Position numbers and translations under genes: made by a program. This document shows, piece after piece, positions 1 to 8,641 of a stretch of 50,692 nt of DNA. The stretch's first letter is position 1, and the number at the start of each line of letters is the position of its first letter. The notes under the pieces were generated by a model that was not told the DNA's origin, did not search any database, and worked only from the letters and a program-made list of their open reading frames with translations. Source of the DNA: Prevotellaceae bacterium (GTDB lineage: Bacteria; Bacteroidota; Bacteroidia; Bacteroidales; UBA932); the NCBI GenBank assembly GCA_031265155.1, contig JAISDB010000152.1:1-50692 (forward strand), given 5' to 3'.

Positions 1-3
1 TTG

Positions 4-11
4 TAATTTTG
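4..11 (+). promoter_or_regulatory. -7 promoter box TAATTTTG upstream of the yjbR-like gene
   Basis: It matches the Bacteroidota TAnnTTTG consensus and lies 18 nt before the ATG at 29. Confidence 0.35.
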
Positions 12-28
12 CAAAAAATATCAGTAAT

Positions 29-388
29 ATGAACTACGATTTTATACAGGCGCACTGCCTTGCAAAAAGAGGTGCGGAAGAAGATTACAAGCAGGAGTGG
101 GACGCCATTCGCTATGCCGTTCACGGCAAAATGTTTGCCTTGGTTGGCAATGACGGCGAAGGAAACCCGATTATTTCCGTCAAGCACGACCCCGAACACG
201 GGATAGAATTGCGGGAAAAATACCCCGACATCGTTCCCGGATACTACCTGAACAAAATGCACTGGAGTTCGGTGTTTTTGAACGGAAACCTGCCCGAAGA
301 AGTTTTGAAACAGATGCTTGACAAATCGTACGACCTGGTTTTCCGTTCGTTAAGCAGAAAAATTCAGAATGAAATTTTAAACTCATAA
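29..388 (+). CDS. MmcQ/YjbR family DNA-binding protein
   Basis: 119-aa ORF. The segments AHCLAKRGAEEDY, GKMFALVG and YYLNKMHWSSV match my memory of the YjbR/MmcQ family. A -7 box lies at 4-11. Confidence 0.75.
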   Translation: MNYDFIQAHCLAKRGAEEDYKQEWDAIRYAVHGKMFALVGNDGEGNPIISVKHDPEHGIELREKYPDIVPGYYLNKMHWSSVFLNGNLPEEVLKQMLDKSYDLVFRSLSRKIQNEILNS

Positions 389-405
389 ATATATAGAATA
401 TAAAG

Positions 406-825
406 ATGAAATTAAACAAATTAACCCCCAATTTTGCAGTAGCCGATATTCGGCAGACCGTGCAATTCTACAGCGAAAACCTGGGTTTTGAGCTGGTTAT
501 GGCTGTTCCCGCGACGCAGGATGGCGCAGATACACAGCTTGCAGAGGACAGAGAATATGTGTATGCGATGATGAAAAGGGAACGGGTCGAACTGATGTTT
601 CAGCAACAGGACAGCTTTCACGAGGACGTTTCCCTTGCCGGTGACGGGCCTCTTGGCGCGAGCGTTTCCTTTTACATGGAAGGAAAAGACATCGAGCCGT
701 TCCATGACGGATTGAAAAACAGGGACATTCAGGTTTCCGACCTGAAGCTGACCTGGTACGGCATAAAGGAATTTTACATGAAAGACAATAACGGCTATGT
801 TTTGGGCTTTGCCGAAGAAGCATAA
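406..825 (+). CDS. VOC (glyoxalase/bleomycin-resistance) family protein
   Basis: 139-aa ORF. The N-terminal LTPNFAVADIRQTVQFYSENLGFE is the typical first beta-alpha-beta module of VOC proteins. It sits 17 nt after the previous gene. Confidence 0.75.
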   Translation: MKLNKLTPNFAVADIRQTVQFYSENLGFELVMAVPATQDGADTQLAEDREYVYAMMKRERVELMFQQQDSFHEDVSLAGDGPLGASVSFYMEGKDIEPFHDGLKNRDIQVSDLKLTWYGIKEFYMKDNNGYVLGFAEEA

Positions 826-958
826 AATATCAAACCTTGTCCTGCACGTCGGCTGAGACGATGAACGTTATCTTTTCGGGTCGTTGACCAGTACTGACTC
901 CTCTGCCGAAATTTTTATATTCGACACTTTTTCCATATTTACTGAAACCCTTAAAGCA

Positions 959-985
959 AAACGGGCGTATTCGATACGCCCGTTT
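959..985. terminator. bidirectional intrinsic terminator between the convergent VOC gene and fabG
   Basis: ACGGGCGTAT-tcg-ATACGCCCGT is a perfect stem. It has an A-run on the left and a T-rich tract on the right. Confidence 0.6.
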
Positions 986-1017
986 ATGTTCTTATTTGCA
1001 AAATACAAATCAATAAG

Positions 1018-1764
1018 TTACATGTTCATTCCGCCGCAACAGTTTATAACCTGCCCGCTTACATACGACGAAAGGTCGGATGCCAAAAACAGGCAAACAT
1101 TTGCAACATCTTCGGGTGTTCCTCCGCGTTTCAATGGAATTTTTTCAGCCCATCCCTTTTTCACATCTTCGGGAAGTTTATCTGTCATTTCGGTAATAAT
1201 AAATCCGGGAGCAATACAGTTTGCTCTTACTCCGCGCGAACCAAGTTCCTGTGCGATAGATTTTGCCAAGCCTATCATTCCCGCCTTGCTCGACGAATAA
1301 TTACACTGACCGGCATTACCACTGACGCCAACGACACTCGACATATTTATAATGCTTCCCGTTTTTTGACGCATCATAACCGGAGTACAGGCATGAATAA
1401 AATTGAATGCAGACTTCAGATTTACCGTCAACACGGCATCCCACTGCGCTTCGCTCATGCGCATCATAAGTCCGTCTTTAGTGATACCTGCATTATTTAC
1501 AAGAATATCGATCCTGCCGAAATCCTTTAGAATTTCTTCTACGACACTGTGAGTTTCTTCAAAGTTTGCTGCATTCGATGCATACGCCTTAACTTTTACT
1601 CCAAACGATTCAATTTCCTTTTCCGTTGCTTTTGCATTATCGTCAATAAGCAAATCCGTAAATGCGATGTTTGCTCCTTCAGAAGCAAGCTTAACAGCAA
1701 TAGCCTTTCCAATTCCGCGAGCTGCGCCCGTAACAACAGCTGTCTTTCCTTCCAGTAATTTCAT
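1018..1764 (-). CDS. fabG: 3-oxoacyl-[ACP] reductase
   Basis: 248 aa. It has the TGAARGIGKAIA Rossmann motif, NNAG, and the catalytic Ser plus YSSSK (YxxxK) of the SDR family. Confidence 0.9.
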   Translation of the reverse strand: MKLLEGKTAVVTGAARGIGKAIAVKLASEGANIAFTDLLIDDNAKATEKEIESFGVKVKAYASNAANFEETHSVVEEILKDFGRIDILVNNAGITKDGLMMRMSEAQWDAVLTVNLKSAFNFIHACTPVMMRQKTGSIINMSSVVGVSGNAGQCNYSSSKAGMIGLAKSIAQELGSRGVRANCIAPGFIITEMTDKLPEDVKKGWAEKIPLKRGGTPEDVANVCLFLASDLSSYVSGQVINCCGGMNM

Positions 1765-1804
1765 AATTTTTACTTTATAATTAAATTATTAAACAGTTTA
1801 AATA

Positions 1805-1812
1805 CAAAGGTA
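1805..1812 (-). promoter_or_regulatory. -7 promoter box TACCTTTG upstream of fabG
   Basis: The reverse complement of caaaggta matches TAnnTTTG. It lies 41 nt before the fabG start. Confidence 0.35.
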
Positions 1813-1913
1813 ATATTTTTGTTGAAAATGCAAAAACAATATTCAGTTCACAAACAGAAACAGATTTTCACAGGAATGTTAATTTATCGGATATTTAAAA
1901 AATCCATTTGGTT

Positions 1914-3680
1914 TTATTCTTCGGAAACTTCAACGATAACGTCCCTGTACGCGGTAAGAATTTGCGATTTTGACAAAAAACCGCAATAAACATCATTTTC
2001 ATCAACAACAGGCAAATTCCATTTTTTTGTTTCTTCAAACTTTTCAATCACAACATTCATGGCATCATTTACATTTATTGTTACAGAAGATGGAAACATG
2101 AAATCGCGCACATAAACCGATTCGTAAAGGTTGCTGTCGAACATTATCCGGCGCACACTGTCGAGATAAACCAGCCCGAGCAATTTTTCATCATCACTTA
2201 TTACAGGAAAAATATTTCGGTTTGATATGGAAATGATTTTCACGAAATCTCCGAGCTTGTCGTTCTGCTTTACGGCAATAAAATCTTTTTCAATCAGATT
2301 TTTGATGTCTAAAAGAGTCAATGCCGCCTGATCTTTGTTGTGCGTAATAAGTTCGCCGCGCAAGGCAAGCCTTCGCGTATATATGGAATGACGTTCAAAT
2401 GAGCGATTTGTCAAAAAAGCAGATACCGAAGCAATCATCAGCGGGAAAAGCAAACCGTAGCCTCCCGTAATTTCAGCAATTAAAAATATTGCAGTTAGCG
2501 GCGCATGCATCACGGCAGCCATCATTCCGCCCATTCCTACAAGAGTAAAATTTACTTCGGGAACATCTGCCACGCCAAGCGTGTTTATAACTTTTGCAAT
2601 CAGAAATCCGGAAATTCCGCCGATAAAAAGCGTTGGACCAAAAGTTCCTCCCACTCCGCCGCAGCCATTGGTCAAAGCCATTGCTACAACTTTGAAAACT
2701 ATGATTGCGGCAAGATATATGAACATTATCCATACCGTATCTTTAAAAGCGTAAAACATACTGTCCTGAAAAATAGCGTCCGAATTGTCGGTCAGCAGCG
2801 ATGACAATATGCCGTAGCCTTCGCCGTAAAGCGGAGGAAGCAGGAATATTAAAATACCAAGACTTACCGAGCCGATAATCCAGCTTTTGTACGGTTTCAG
2901 TATTTTCGACAGTCTGTTCTCTATTGCAAGCGTTGCTCGCGTAAAATACAGGGCTACAAATCCGCAGAACAAGCCCAGCACAATATAAAACGGAATGTTG
3001 TGCATCGAAAATTCCGTTATTATATTGGAAAACTCAACATCGCGCCCAAGCAGCAGGTACGATACCAGCGTTGCCGCAAGCGATGATACGAGAAGCGGAA
3101 TTATTGACGAAAGAGTTAAATCGAGCATTAGAATTTCGAGTGTAAAAACAATTCCGGCAAGCGGAGCCTTGAAAATGCCGGCAACCGCTCCTGCCGCTCC
3201 GCAACCTATAAGCAAGGTTACTGTTTTGTAGTTTCGACCGAAATACTGACCTATGTTAGAACCAATGGCAGCGCCTGTCAGTACTATAGGCGCTTCGGCT
3301 CCAACCGAGCCGCCGAAGCCTATTGTAAACGAACTTGCAATAACCGACGAATAGCAGTTATGCGGTTTCAACTTCGACTTCTTGCGCGATATTGCATGCA
3401 ATACTCTCGTAATTCCGTGACTGATATTGTCGCGAACAAAATATTTTACGAAAATAACTGTAATAAAAATTCCTATTCCGGGATACGCCAGATAAAGCAA
3501 ACTTCCCGTTTCGGCATTAAACCAGCTTGTCAACATAAATTTTACGCCGATGATTGCATGCTTCAGCACTACTGCAGCCAAACCTGCTGCAAAACCTGCA
3601 ATCAAAGCAAGTATTATCAGCACTTTTCCGTCTCCGAGCGAAAGCAGCCTGTTTATTATTTTTTGCGCTGTTTTTTTCAA
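1914..3680 (-). CDS. ClC-type voltage-gated chloride channel with C-terminal CBS pair
   Basis: 588 aa and polytopic. It has the ClC selectivity motifs GSVGAEAP, GIFKAPLAG and GTFGPTLFIG. The C-terminal ~140 aa looks like a CBS pair. Confidence 0.9.
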   Translation of the reverse strand: MKKTAQKIINRLLSLGDGKVLIILALIAGFAAGLAAVVLKHAIIGVKFMLTSWFNAETGSLLYLAYPGIGIFITVIFVKYFVRDNISHGITRVLHAISRKKSKLKPHNCYSSVIASSFTIGFGGSVGAEAPIVLTGAAIGSNIGQYFGRNYKTVTLLIGCGAAGAVAGIFKAPLAGIVFTLEILMLDLTLSSIIPLLVSSLAATLVSYLLLGRDVEFSNIITEFSMHNIPFYIVLGLFCGFVALYFTRATLAIENRLSKILKPYKSWIIGSVSLGILIFLLPPLYGEGYGILSSLLTDNSDAIFQDSMFYAFKDTVWIMFIYLAAIIVFKVVAMALTNGCGGVGGTFGPTLFIGGISGFLIAKVINTLGVADVPEVNFTLVGMGGMMAAVMHAPLTAIFLIAEITGGYGLLFPLMIASVSAFLTNRSFERHSIYTRRLALRGELITHNKDQAALTLLDIKNLIEKDFIAVKQNDKLGDFVKIISISNRNIFPVISDDEKLLGLVYLDSVRRIMFDSNLYESVYVRDFMFPSSVTINVNDAMNVVIEKFEETKKWNLPVVDENDVYCGFLSKSQILTAYRDVIVEVSEE

Positions 3681-3700
3681 ATTTACAATACTACAGACTG

Positions 3701-3708
3701 CAAAAATA
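3701..3708 (-). promoter_or_regulatory. -7 promoter box TATTTTTG upstream of the ClC channel gene
   Basis: The reverse complement of caaaaata matches TAnnTTTG. It lies 21 nt before the start at 3680. Confidence 0.35.
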
Positions 3709-3766
3709 TAAAAAAGTCTATAATATCATGTTTAATGCTGCAAAATTAACCTCCAGCCTGCTTTTT

Positions 3767-4387
3767 CTATTGAGAAACAACATCGTCATACAGTTCGCGC
3801 ATGCGCTTTCGCAAATGCAAAACCGCATAATGCTTTCGCGAGAGCAAGGTATTGACCGAAATACCCGTAATCTGTGATATTTCTTTCATCGAAATGCCTT
3901 CCAGTTCGGTAAGTTCAAATACTTCGCGCTGCTGCGGAGATAATTCCGACAGGGCAATTTCAAGTTCGTCCCATACCAGTGAGCGCAAGTATTCAATTTC
4001 GGGCGACGACGAAAATTCATTATTGAACATTATATCCGAAATATCTTTCATCACGCCATCATCACCGCCACTGTTTTGCAGAACAGGCATCGATTCTTCG
4101 CGCTTTTTCTTGCCGTGATTGATAATAGCATTATGCGCCACGCGGTACAGCCATGCTGCAACATGATCAATAGGATTCATGGCGGTATTTATCGTTTTTA
4201 CCAGTTGATAAAAAACATCCTGCAAAATATCTTCGGCTTCTTCGTAACGGGCAACCCGTTTTTTTATAAACGATTTCAGTTGCGGCTGATATTCCGTTAC
4301 CAGCTTTTCAATTTCGTCATGTTTTGATTTCGTCACCTTCGTTTTTGCCTGATTCGTTGTTCTGAAAAAAATCGCAGTCGAAACCAC
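3767..4387 (-). CDS. RNA polymerase ECF-type sigma-70 factor
   Basis: Region 2 (DILQDVFYQL, WLYRVAHNAIINH) and the region 4 HTH (LEGISMKEISQITGISVNTLLSRKHYA). The true start may be the GTG at 4336, which cuts the overlap with the upstream gene from 71 to 20 nt. Confidence 0.85.
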   Translation of the reverse strand: MVSTAIFFRTTNQAKTKVTKSKHDEIEKLVTEYQPQLKSFIKKRVARYEEAEDILQDVFYQLVKTINTAMNPIDHVAAWLYRVAHNAIINHGKKKREESMPVLQNSGGDDGVMKDISDIMFNNEFSSSPEIEYLRSLVWDELEIALSELSPQQREVFELTELEGISMKEISQITGISVNTLLSRKHYAVLHLRKRMRELYDDVVSQ

Positions 4388-4694
4388 ATTGCGATAACTT
4401 ATGCTTCATAAAGAAAGCTTTTCGTTCTTCATTAGACATTTGCATAATTTTTTTACGAAAACGACGGTTATGATGCGACCATCTGCCACCGAAATTCATC
4501 CACCTGCCTACCATACCGCCGAAAAGCATGCGCGAAAGCACCAGCAATCCCAATGCCTGCCACAAATTTATTGTCGAAAATCCGAAAATCGAAGGCATCA
4601 GACAATTCCACAAAAGCATCACGGCAGTTCCGAAAACAGCAGAAACTGCCAATGCTCCAAATACATGTTTTAAAATTAAACTTAGTTTTGTCAT
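4317..4694 (-). CDS. small membrane protein, co-oriented immediately upstream of the ECF sigma gene
   Basis: 125 aa. It has two hydrophobic helices, then a basic HHNRRFRKK stretch and a Cys-containing tail. I do not recognise a family. It overlaps the sigma ORF. Confidence 0.5.
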   Translation of the reverse strand: MTKLSLILKHVFGALAVSAVFGTAVMLLWNCLMPSIFGFSTINLWQALGLLVLSRMLFGGMVGRWMNFGGRWSHHNRRFRKKIMQMSNEERKAFFMKHKLSQCGFDCDFFQNNESGKNEGDEIKT

Positions 4695-4753
4695 AAAATT
4701 TTTATTTACTTTACATTATCTATCTATATAGACAAACGAGAACGAAAAATATT

Positions 4754-5752
4754 TTATGCCTTTATAAACTTTATGATTTTTTCGGCAATCTGTACGGCAT
4801 TTGTTGCAGCGCCTTTGCGTAAGTTATCTGCAACTATCCACAGGTTGACGCCCGATTTCAACGAAATATCTCGGCGTATCCGTCCTACAAAAACATCGTC
4901 TTTACCTGACGAATGAAGAGGCATCGGGTAAATATTATTTTTAACATCATCCTTTACAGTCACGCCTTCCGAATTTTCAAGTATGTTCACCAGTTCGTGC
5001 AGTTCAAACTCTTTTTCAAATTCAATATTTACCGATTCGGAATGACCTCCTGCCACCGGAACTCTGGCAGTTGTGGGCGACACGGCAACAGAACCGTCGC
5101 AAAGGATCTTATGCGTTTCGTTCACCATTTTCATTTCTTCCTTTGTATATCCGTTATCGGTGAACGAGTCGATATGAGGAATTATATTTTTGTCGATAGG
5201 ATAAGGATAAACCGTTTCATAGGCGCCCTGCTCCATTCCCGAGCGCTCTGCCTGCATTTGCCGTATGGCTTTATATCCCGTGCCTGTTACCGACTGATAT
5301 GTAGAAACTACAATGCGTTTTATTACGTAAGCCCTGTGCAGAGGAGCAGCAACAAGCAGCATCTGTATCGTAGAACAGTTAGGATTTGCAATTATGTAAT
5401 CGCTTGCAGTTAAAATATCCGCATTTATTTCCGGTATTATCAGCTTTTTGGTTTCATCCATGCGCCAGCACGATGAATTGTCGATAACTCTGCATCCTGC
5501 CCGAGCAAATTGAGGCGCCCATTCCTTCGATACTTCGCTGCCTGCCGAAAATATTGCCAATGCCGGCTTTTGTGCAACAGCATAATCAAGACTGCAAACT
5601 TTATATTCCCTGCCTTTGAACTTTATTATTTTTCCTGCTGACTTCGCGGATGCTACAGGTATTAATTCGTTTAATGGAAAATTTCGTTCTTCAAGAACTT
5701 CAATCATTTTTGTTCCAACCAAGCCTGTGGCTCCAACTACTGCTACTTTCAT
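4754..5752 (-). CDS. asd: aspartate-semialdehyde dehydrogenase
   Basis: 332 aa. It has the VAVVGATGLVG NAD(P) motif and the active-site NPNCSTIQ cysteine. Length is typical for the family. Confidence 0.92.
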   Translation of the reverse strand: MKVAVVGATGLVGTKMIEVLEERNFPLNELIPVASAKSAGKIIKFKGREYKVCSLDYAVAQKPALAIFSAGSEVSKEWAPQFARAGCRVIDNSSCWRMDETKKLIIPEINADILTASDYIIANPNCSTIQMLLVAAPLHRAYVIKRIVVSTYQSVTGTGYKAIRQMQAERSGMEQGAYETVYPYPIDKNIIPHIDSFTDNGYTKEEMKMVNETHKILCDGSVAVSPTTARVPVAGGHSESVNIEFEKEFELHELVNILENSEGVTVKDDVKNNIYPMPLHSSGKDDVFVGRIRRDISLKSGVNLWIVADNLRKGAATNAVQIAEKIIKFIKA

Positions 5753-6502
5753 TTTGCCTTGAGTATATATAATTTCAGTTATTTATCATTTGCGGCTGCA
5801 AAGTTCGTATTTTTTCCATCATAAAAGAATTTTTTTAAGAATTATTGCACATTTCAATATTTTGCATAACTTTGCCGGCACGAACAAATAAATAATATTG
5901 TTGCTTTGTTCTATTTTTTGTTTTTTCATTATTAAAAGTTTTTAATTGGAATTTGCCCGGCAGTTTATGAAATATTAAACTGCCGAGTGTTTTACATTAA
6001 AATCAGATTCATGCAGAAAAAAACAGACAGGCAAACAAGTTCTGCTTACTTATAAGGCGCAGCCTATCTTTCAAATATTTTTTATATTTTTTTCCAAATC
6101 GATATTTTATAAAATTTCAGACTTAATGGTCAAAAGGGAGGATAAAAAGGAACAATTTATATAAAGAGTTATCTTTGCGACATATTTTGATTTTTCGATT
6201 GCACAGATACGGGAAATAACCGGAATTGTAAAAAAACATGCATGTATTTTATTATTTTTTATAAATTTGCTGCATGAAAAAATATTTATGGTTTAATTTT
6301 TATGTGATGAAAAATAAAATTAATTGAAATAACAAAAAATAAAAAGCGTTAGCTTTTGTTCTTGTCTTATAGAAATCTGCAAAATTTTTAAGCAAACAGG
6401 AACAGGAAAGTTCAACGCTCACGTGTAAACGTGGGCTTTTCTTGTTTGTTTGCGAAGGTATTGCAGAACCTCTATAAGTCAACAGAAGTCCACGTCTTTT
6501 TT

Positions 6503-6757
6503 ATGGCAAAAAATAAAAAAGCAATGCACTGCGAAATACACATAGGACAGTTGATATGCAATAAACTTAAAGAAAACGGACGCTCGGTATCGTGGCTTGC
6601 AAAGCAAGTATATTGCGACAGAAGCAACTTGAGAAAAATGCTGAAAAACAATCATATTTACAGTGAATTGCTTTTGAGAATTTCCATCACACTGGATTAT
6701 GATTTTTTTGCCCATTATTCTTCATTTATTCGTAATAAAGAAAACTTATCGAGGTAA
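6503..6757 (+). CDS. helix-turn-helix (XRE-like) DNA-binding protein
   Basis: 84 aa counted from the ATG at 6503 (MAKNKK). The HTH-like segment is RSVSWLAKQVYCDRSNLRKML. The track ORF start at 6431 adds an implausible hydrophobic extension. Confidence 0.6.
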   Translation: MAKNKKAMHCEIHIGQLICNKLKENGRSVSWLAKQVYCDRSNLRKMLKNNHIYSELLLRISITLDYDFFAHYSSFIRNKENLSR

Positions 6758-6820
6758 AATTTACTTCATTTTGAGGTAAAAATCACCGCAAAAATATTTT
6801 ATAACTTCATATTTACGCCA

Positions 6821-6828
6821 TACCTTTG
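6821..6828 (+). promoter_or_regulatory. -7 promoter box TACCTTTG upstream of the 13-codon ORF and lipoprotein/peptidase genes
   Basis: It matches TAnnTTTG and lies 28 nt before the ATG at 6856. Confidence 0.35.
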
Positions 6829-7006
6829 CTTCATAAATTTTAACAATATTTTACCATGAAACTCAATTTTAATTACTACTCGCCGCCGCCTACATAAGGA
6901 TATAGAAAAGACAATACTGATTGTCAGATGATTGCGTTATTTAACAAAATAACATGTTCAGTTACATGCAAAACAAAACAGGTTTTATTTTAAAACAATA
7001 TTAAAT

Positions 7007-7159
7007 ATGTTAAATTCAAAAGAAATTATTAACTTTGTAATGAGAAAAATTATAAAAATCGGTGTAGCGGTTGTTGCAATGGTATTGATAATATCATGTT
7101 ACGATGTAATCGAAGATGAAGCCGGTACCGATACCGCGACCAACGGAATAACAGTATAA
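7007..7159 (+). CDS. tiny lipoprotein-signal ORF (mature part about 20 aa, acidic)
   Basis: This ORF is below the track cutoff. MRKIIKIGVAVVAMVLIISC forms n-region, h-region and an IISC lipobox, followed by YDVIEDEAGTD. The probable start is the ATG at 7040. The stop overlaps the SD of the next ORF. Confidence 0.35.
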   Translation: MLNSKEIINFVMRKIIKIGVAVVAMVLIISCYDVIEDEAGTDTATNGITV

Positions 7160-7172
7160 GGAGGCAGCAGCA

Positions 7173-8630
7173 GTGTTTCAACAAAAAATTACAGATTATG
7201 AAATATTGAAAAGCAAAGGCAATTTGCCTGAAAATCCTTTATTGCCAGCGAATTATACACCTCAATGGGATAAAGCCGTAACCGGCGAAAATGAATATAT
7301 TTGGAGCATTGAAGCGCCGATAATAGACAGCAGGCGATTACTGGCAACTTCTCATTTGAATGAACGCAAGTCATGGAAAGCTGCAATTACCCAAAAAGTA
7401 GTGGTTATAAAAGTAAAGGCAACGCAGGTAACAGAAATGTTTTTACTGTCGCTTATTCCCGACCGCAAATGTTTTGAGAAATACCGACACCATCGCGAGC
7501 GTACATATACTCATGCCGGCAACACCCGCAAATTTTCGGGAACAGCCGTATATACCCTGTGGGAAGGTACAAATATTTTGATTAACGGGCATAACAGCGA
7601 CAGTGTAACACAGAAATTCAAATACGACAGTGAAAAATCTTTCTACCTGCAGAAAAATTTTTCTACTGCTGTGATAGGCGAATCGGGCGAGCTTGTACTA
7701 ATGGATTATTATGGTGGAGAGCTTGAAGGATCTGTTGTAATAGGAAACTGGAATCCCGGAGATAAACTGCCTGAATATTGTCCTTATTGTCATTATTCGA
7801 ATTGTCATTGCTGGCAGAATGATGATGGTGGCGGTGGCGGCGGAGGAGGTTATTTTCCTCCCGGCTATACTGACCCGGGAGGTGGCAGCGACAGCGGCAG
7901 TACTAATCCACAACCGACAAAATATACTGTAACTGTTTCAATTTCAGGAAATGGTACAGTAACAGGAAATGGTAGTGCAAGTAATATAAGCGGCGCCGGA
8001 GTATATGAATATAGTAAAGGCACTTATCTAAGGATCACAGCAGCAGCCGGTACCGGATATAAATTTACCGGATGGCAAGGTGATATATCAGGAACATCTG
8101 CTTCAATTTGGATTGAAAATCTCAGTAAAAATATGAGTGTAACGGCTAATTTTGCTTCTAAGGCAGAGCCTTACACCGCACGCCCCGATGATAAAAAATT
8201 TAAAACCAGTTTCAAAAACACCATGCAAACTCAATTGGATAATGCTTGTGTAGCAAGTGTAATGGCTTACATAAGAGAAGTATTTTGCGGAGGTGCTTTT
8301 GACGATGGATATTATATTTTAAAATATGCTGAAAAATATGATAATTGGCTTCCTGAAACTGGAATACCAATAGGGCAAGTACAATCATTTGTATCTGATT
8401 ATTTTGCGATAGGAACATATACCTCATGGCATTCTGCCATCAATGCAGGGAAAGTCATATTAACAGATGCTCCATCCAATATTAGTGGAAGTTCTCATGC
8501 CGTATTGGTTGTAGGGTATGGCGCTGATGGTTCGCTTATATATATGGATCCGGAAGCAGGATCTTTAATTCGAGCAGATGCCGATTATCTTCTCGGAAAT
8601 ATAAAAATTGTAATTAATAAATGTCAATAA
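7173..8630 (+). CDS. multidomain protein: unknown N-domain, Cys cluster, poly-Gly linker, InlB-B/Listeria-Bacteroides-type repeat, C-terminal C39-like papain-fold cysteine peptidase
   Basis: GTG start 8 nt after AAGGAGG (7158-7164). There is no signal peptide. It contains G8 with GGGSDSGS, then YTVTVSISGNGTVTG...GYKFTGWQGD...VTANF. The peptidase-like signature is QLDNAC(359)VASV ... SSH(442)AVLVVGYGADGSLIYMDP. Confidence 0.7.
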   Translation: MFQQKITDYEILKSKGNLPENPLLPANYTPQWDKAVTGENEYIWSIEAPIIDSRRLLATSHLNERKSWKAAITQKVVVIKVKATQVTEMFLLSLIPDRKCFEKYRHHRERTYTHAGNTRKFSGTAVYTLWEGTNILINGHNSDSVTQKFKYDSEKSFYLQKNFSTAVIGESGELVLMDYYGGELEGSVVIGNWNPGDKLPEYCPYCHYSNCHCWQNDDGGGGGGGGYFPPGYTDPGGGSDSGSTNPQPTKYTVTVSISGNGTVTGNGSASNISGAGVYEYSKGTYLRITAAAGTGYKFTGWQGDISGTSASIWIENLSKNMSVTANFASKAEPYTARPDDKKFKTSFKNTMQTQLDNACVASVMAYIREVFCGGAFDDGYYILKYAEKYDNWLPETGIPIGQVQSFVSDYFAIGTYTSWHSAINAGKVILTDAPSNISGSSHAVLVVGYGADGSLIYMDPEAGSLIRADADYLLGNIKIVINKCQ

Positions 8631-8641
8631 AACAAATAAAT

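Noticed and set aside
884-1300. 138-aa plus-strand ORF, and the many similar antisense or alternative-frame ORFs in the track (e.g. 2505..2804, 13086..13787, 22174..22653, 37143..37652)
   Set aside because: They lie inside and opposite to, or out of frame with, genes that carry clear family motifs. They are low-complexity, Cys/Arg/Ser-rich shadow ORFs.
6431-6502. N-terminal extension of the HTH protein. Similar extensions exist at 33708-33827 (NamZ-like) and 31172-31249 (asparaginase)
   Set aside because: The extensions are hydrophobic or odd-composition and lack homology. In one case the extension lies inside a tandem repeat. Internal ATGs give canonical N-termini (MAKNKK, a lipoprotein signal, and MDTSVLVIYTGGTIGM).
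7827-7850. Poly-glycine stretch as a slippage-prone phase-variation tract
   Set aside because: It is encoded by mixed GGT/GGC/GGA codons, not a homopolymer or perfect short repeat. It reads more like a flexible linker.
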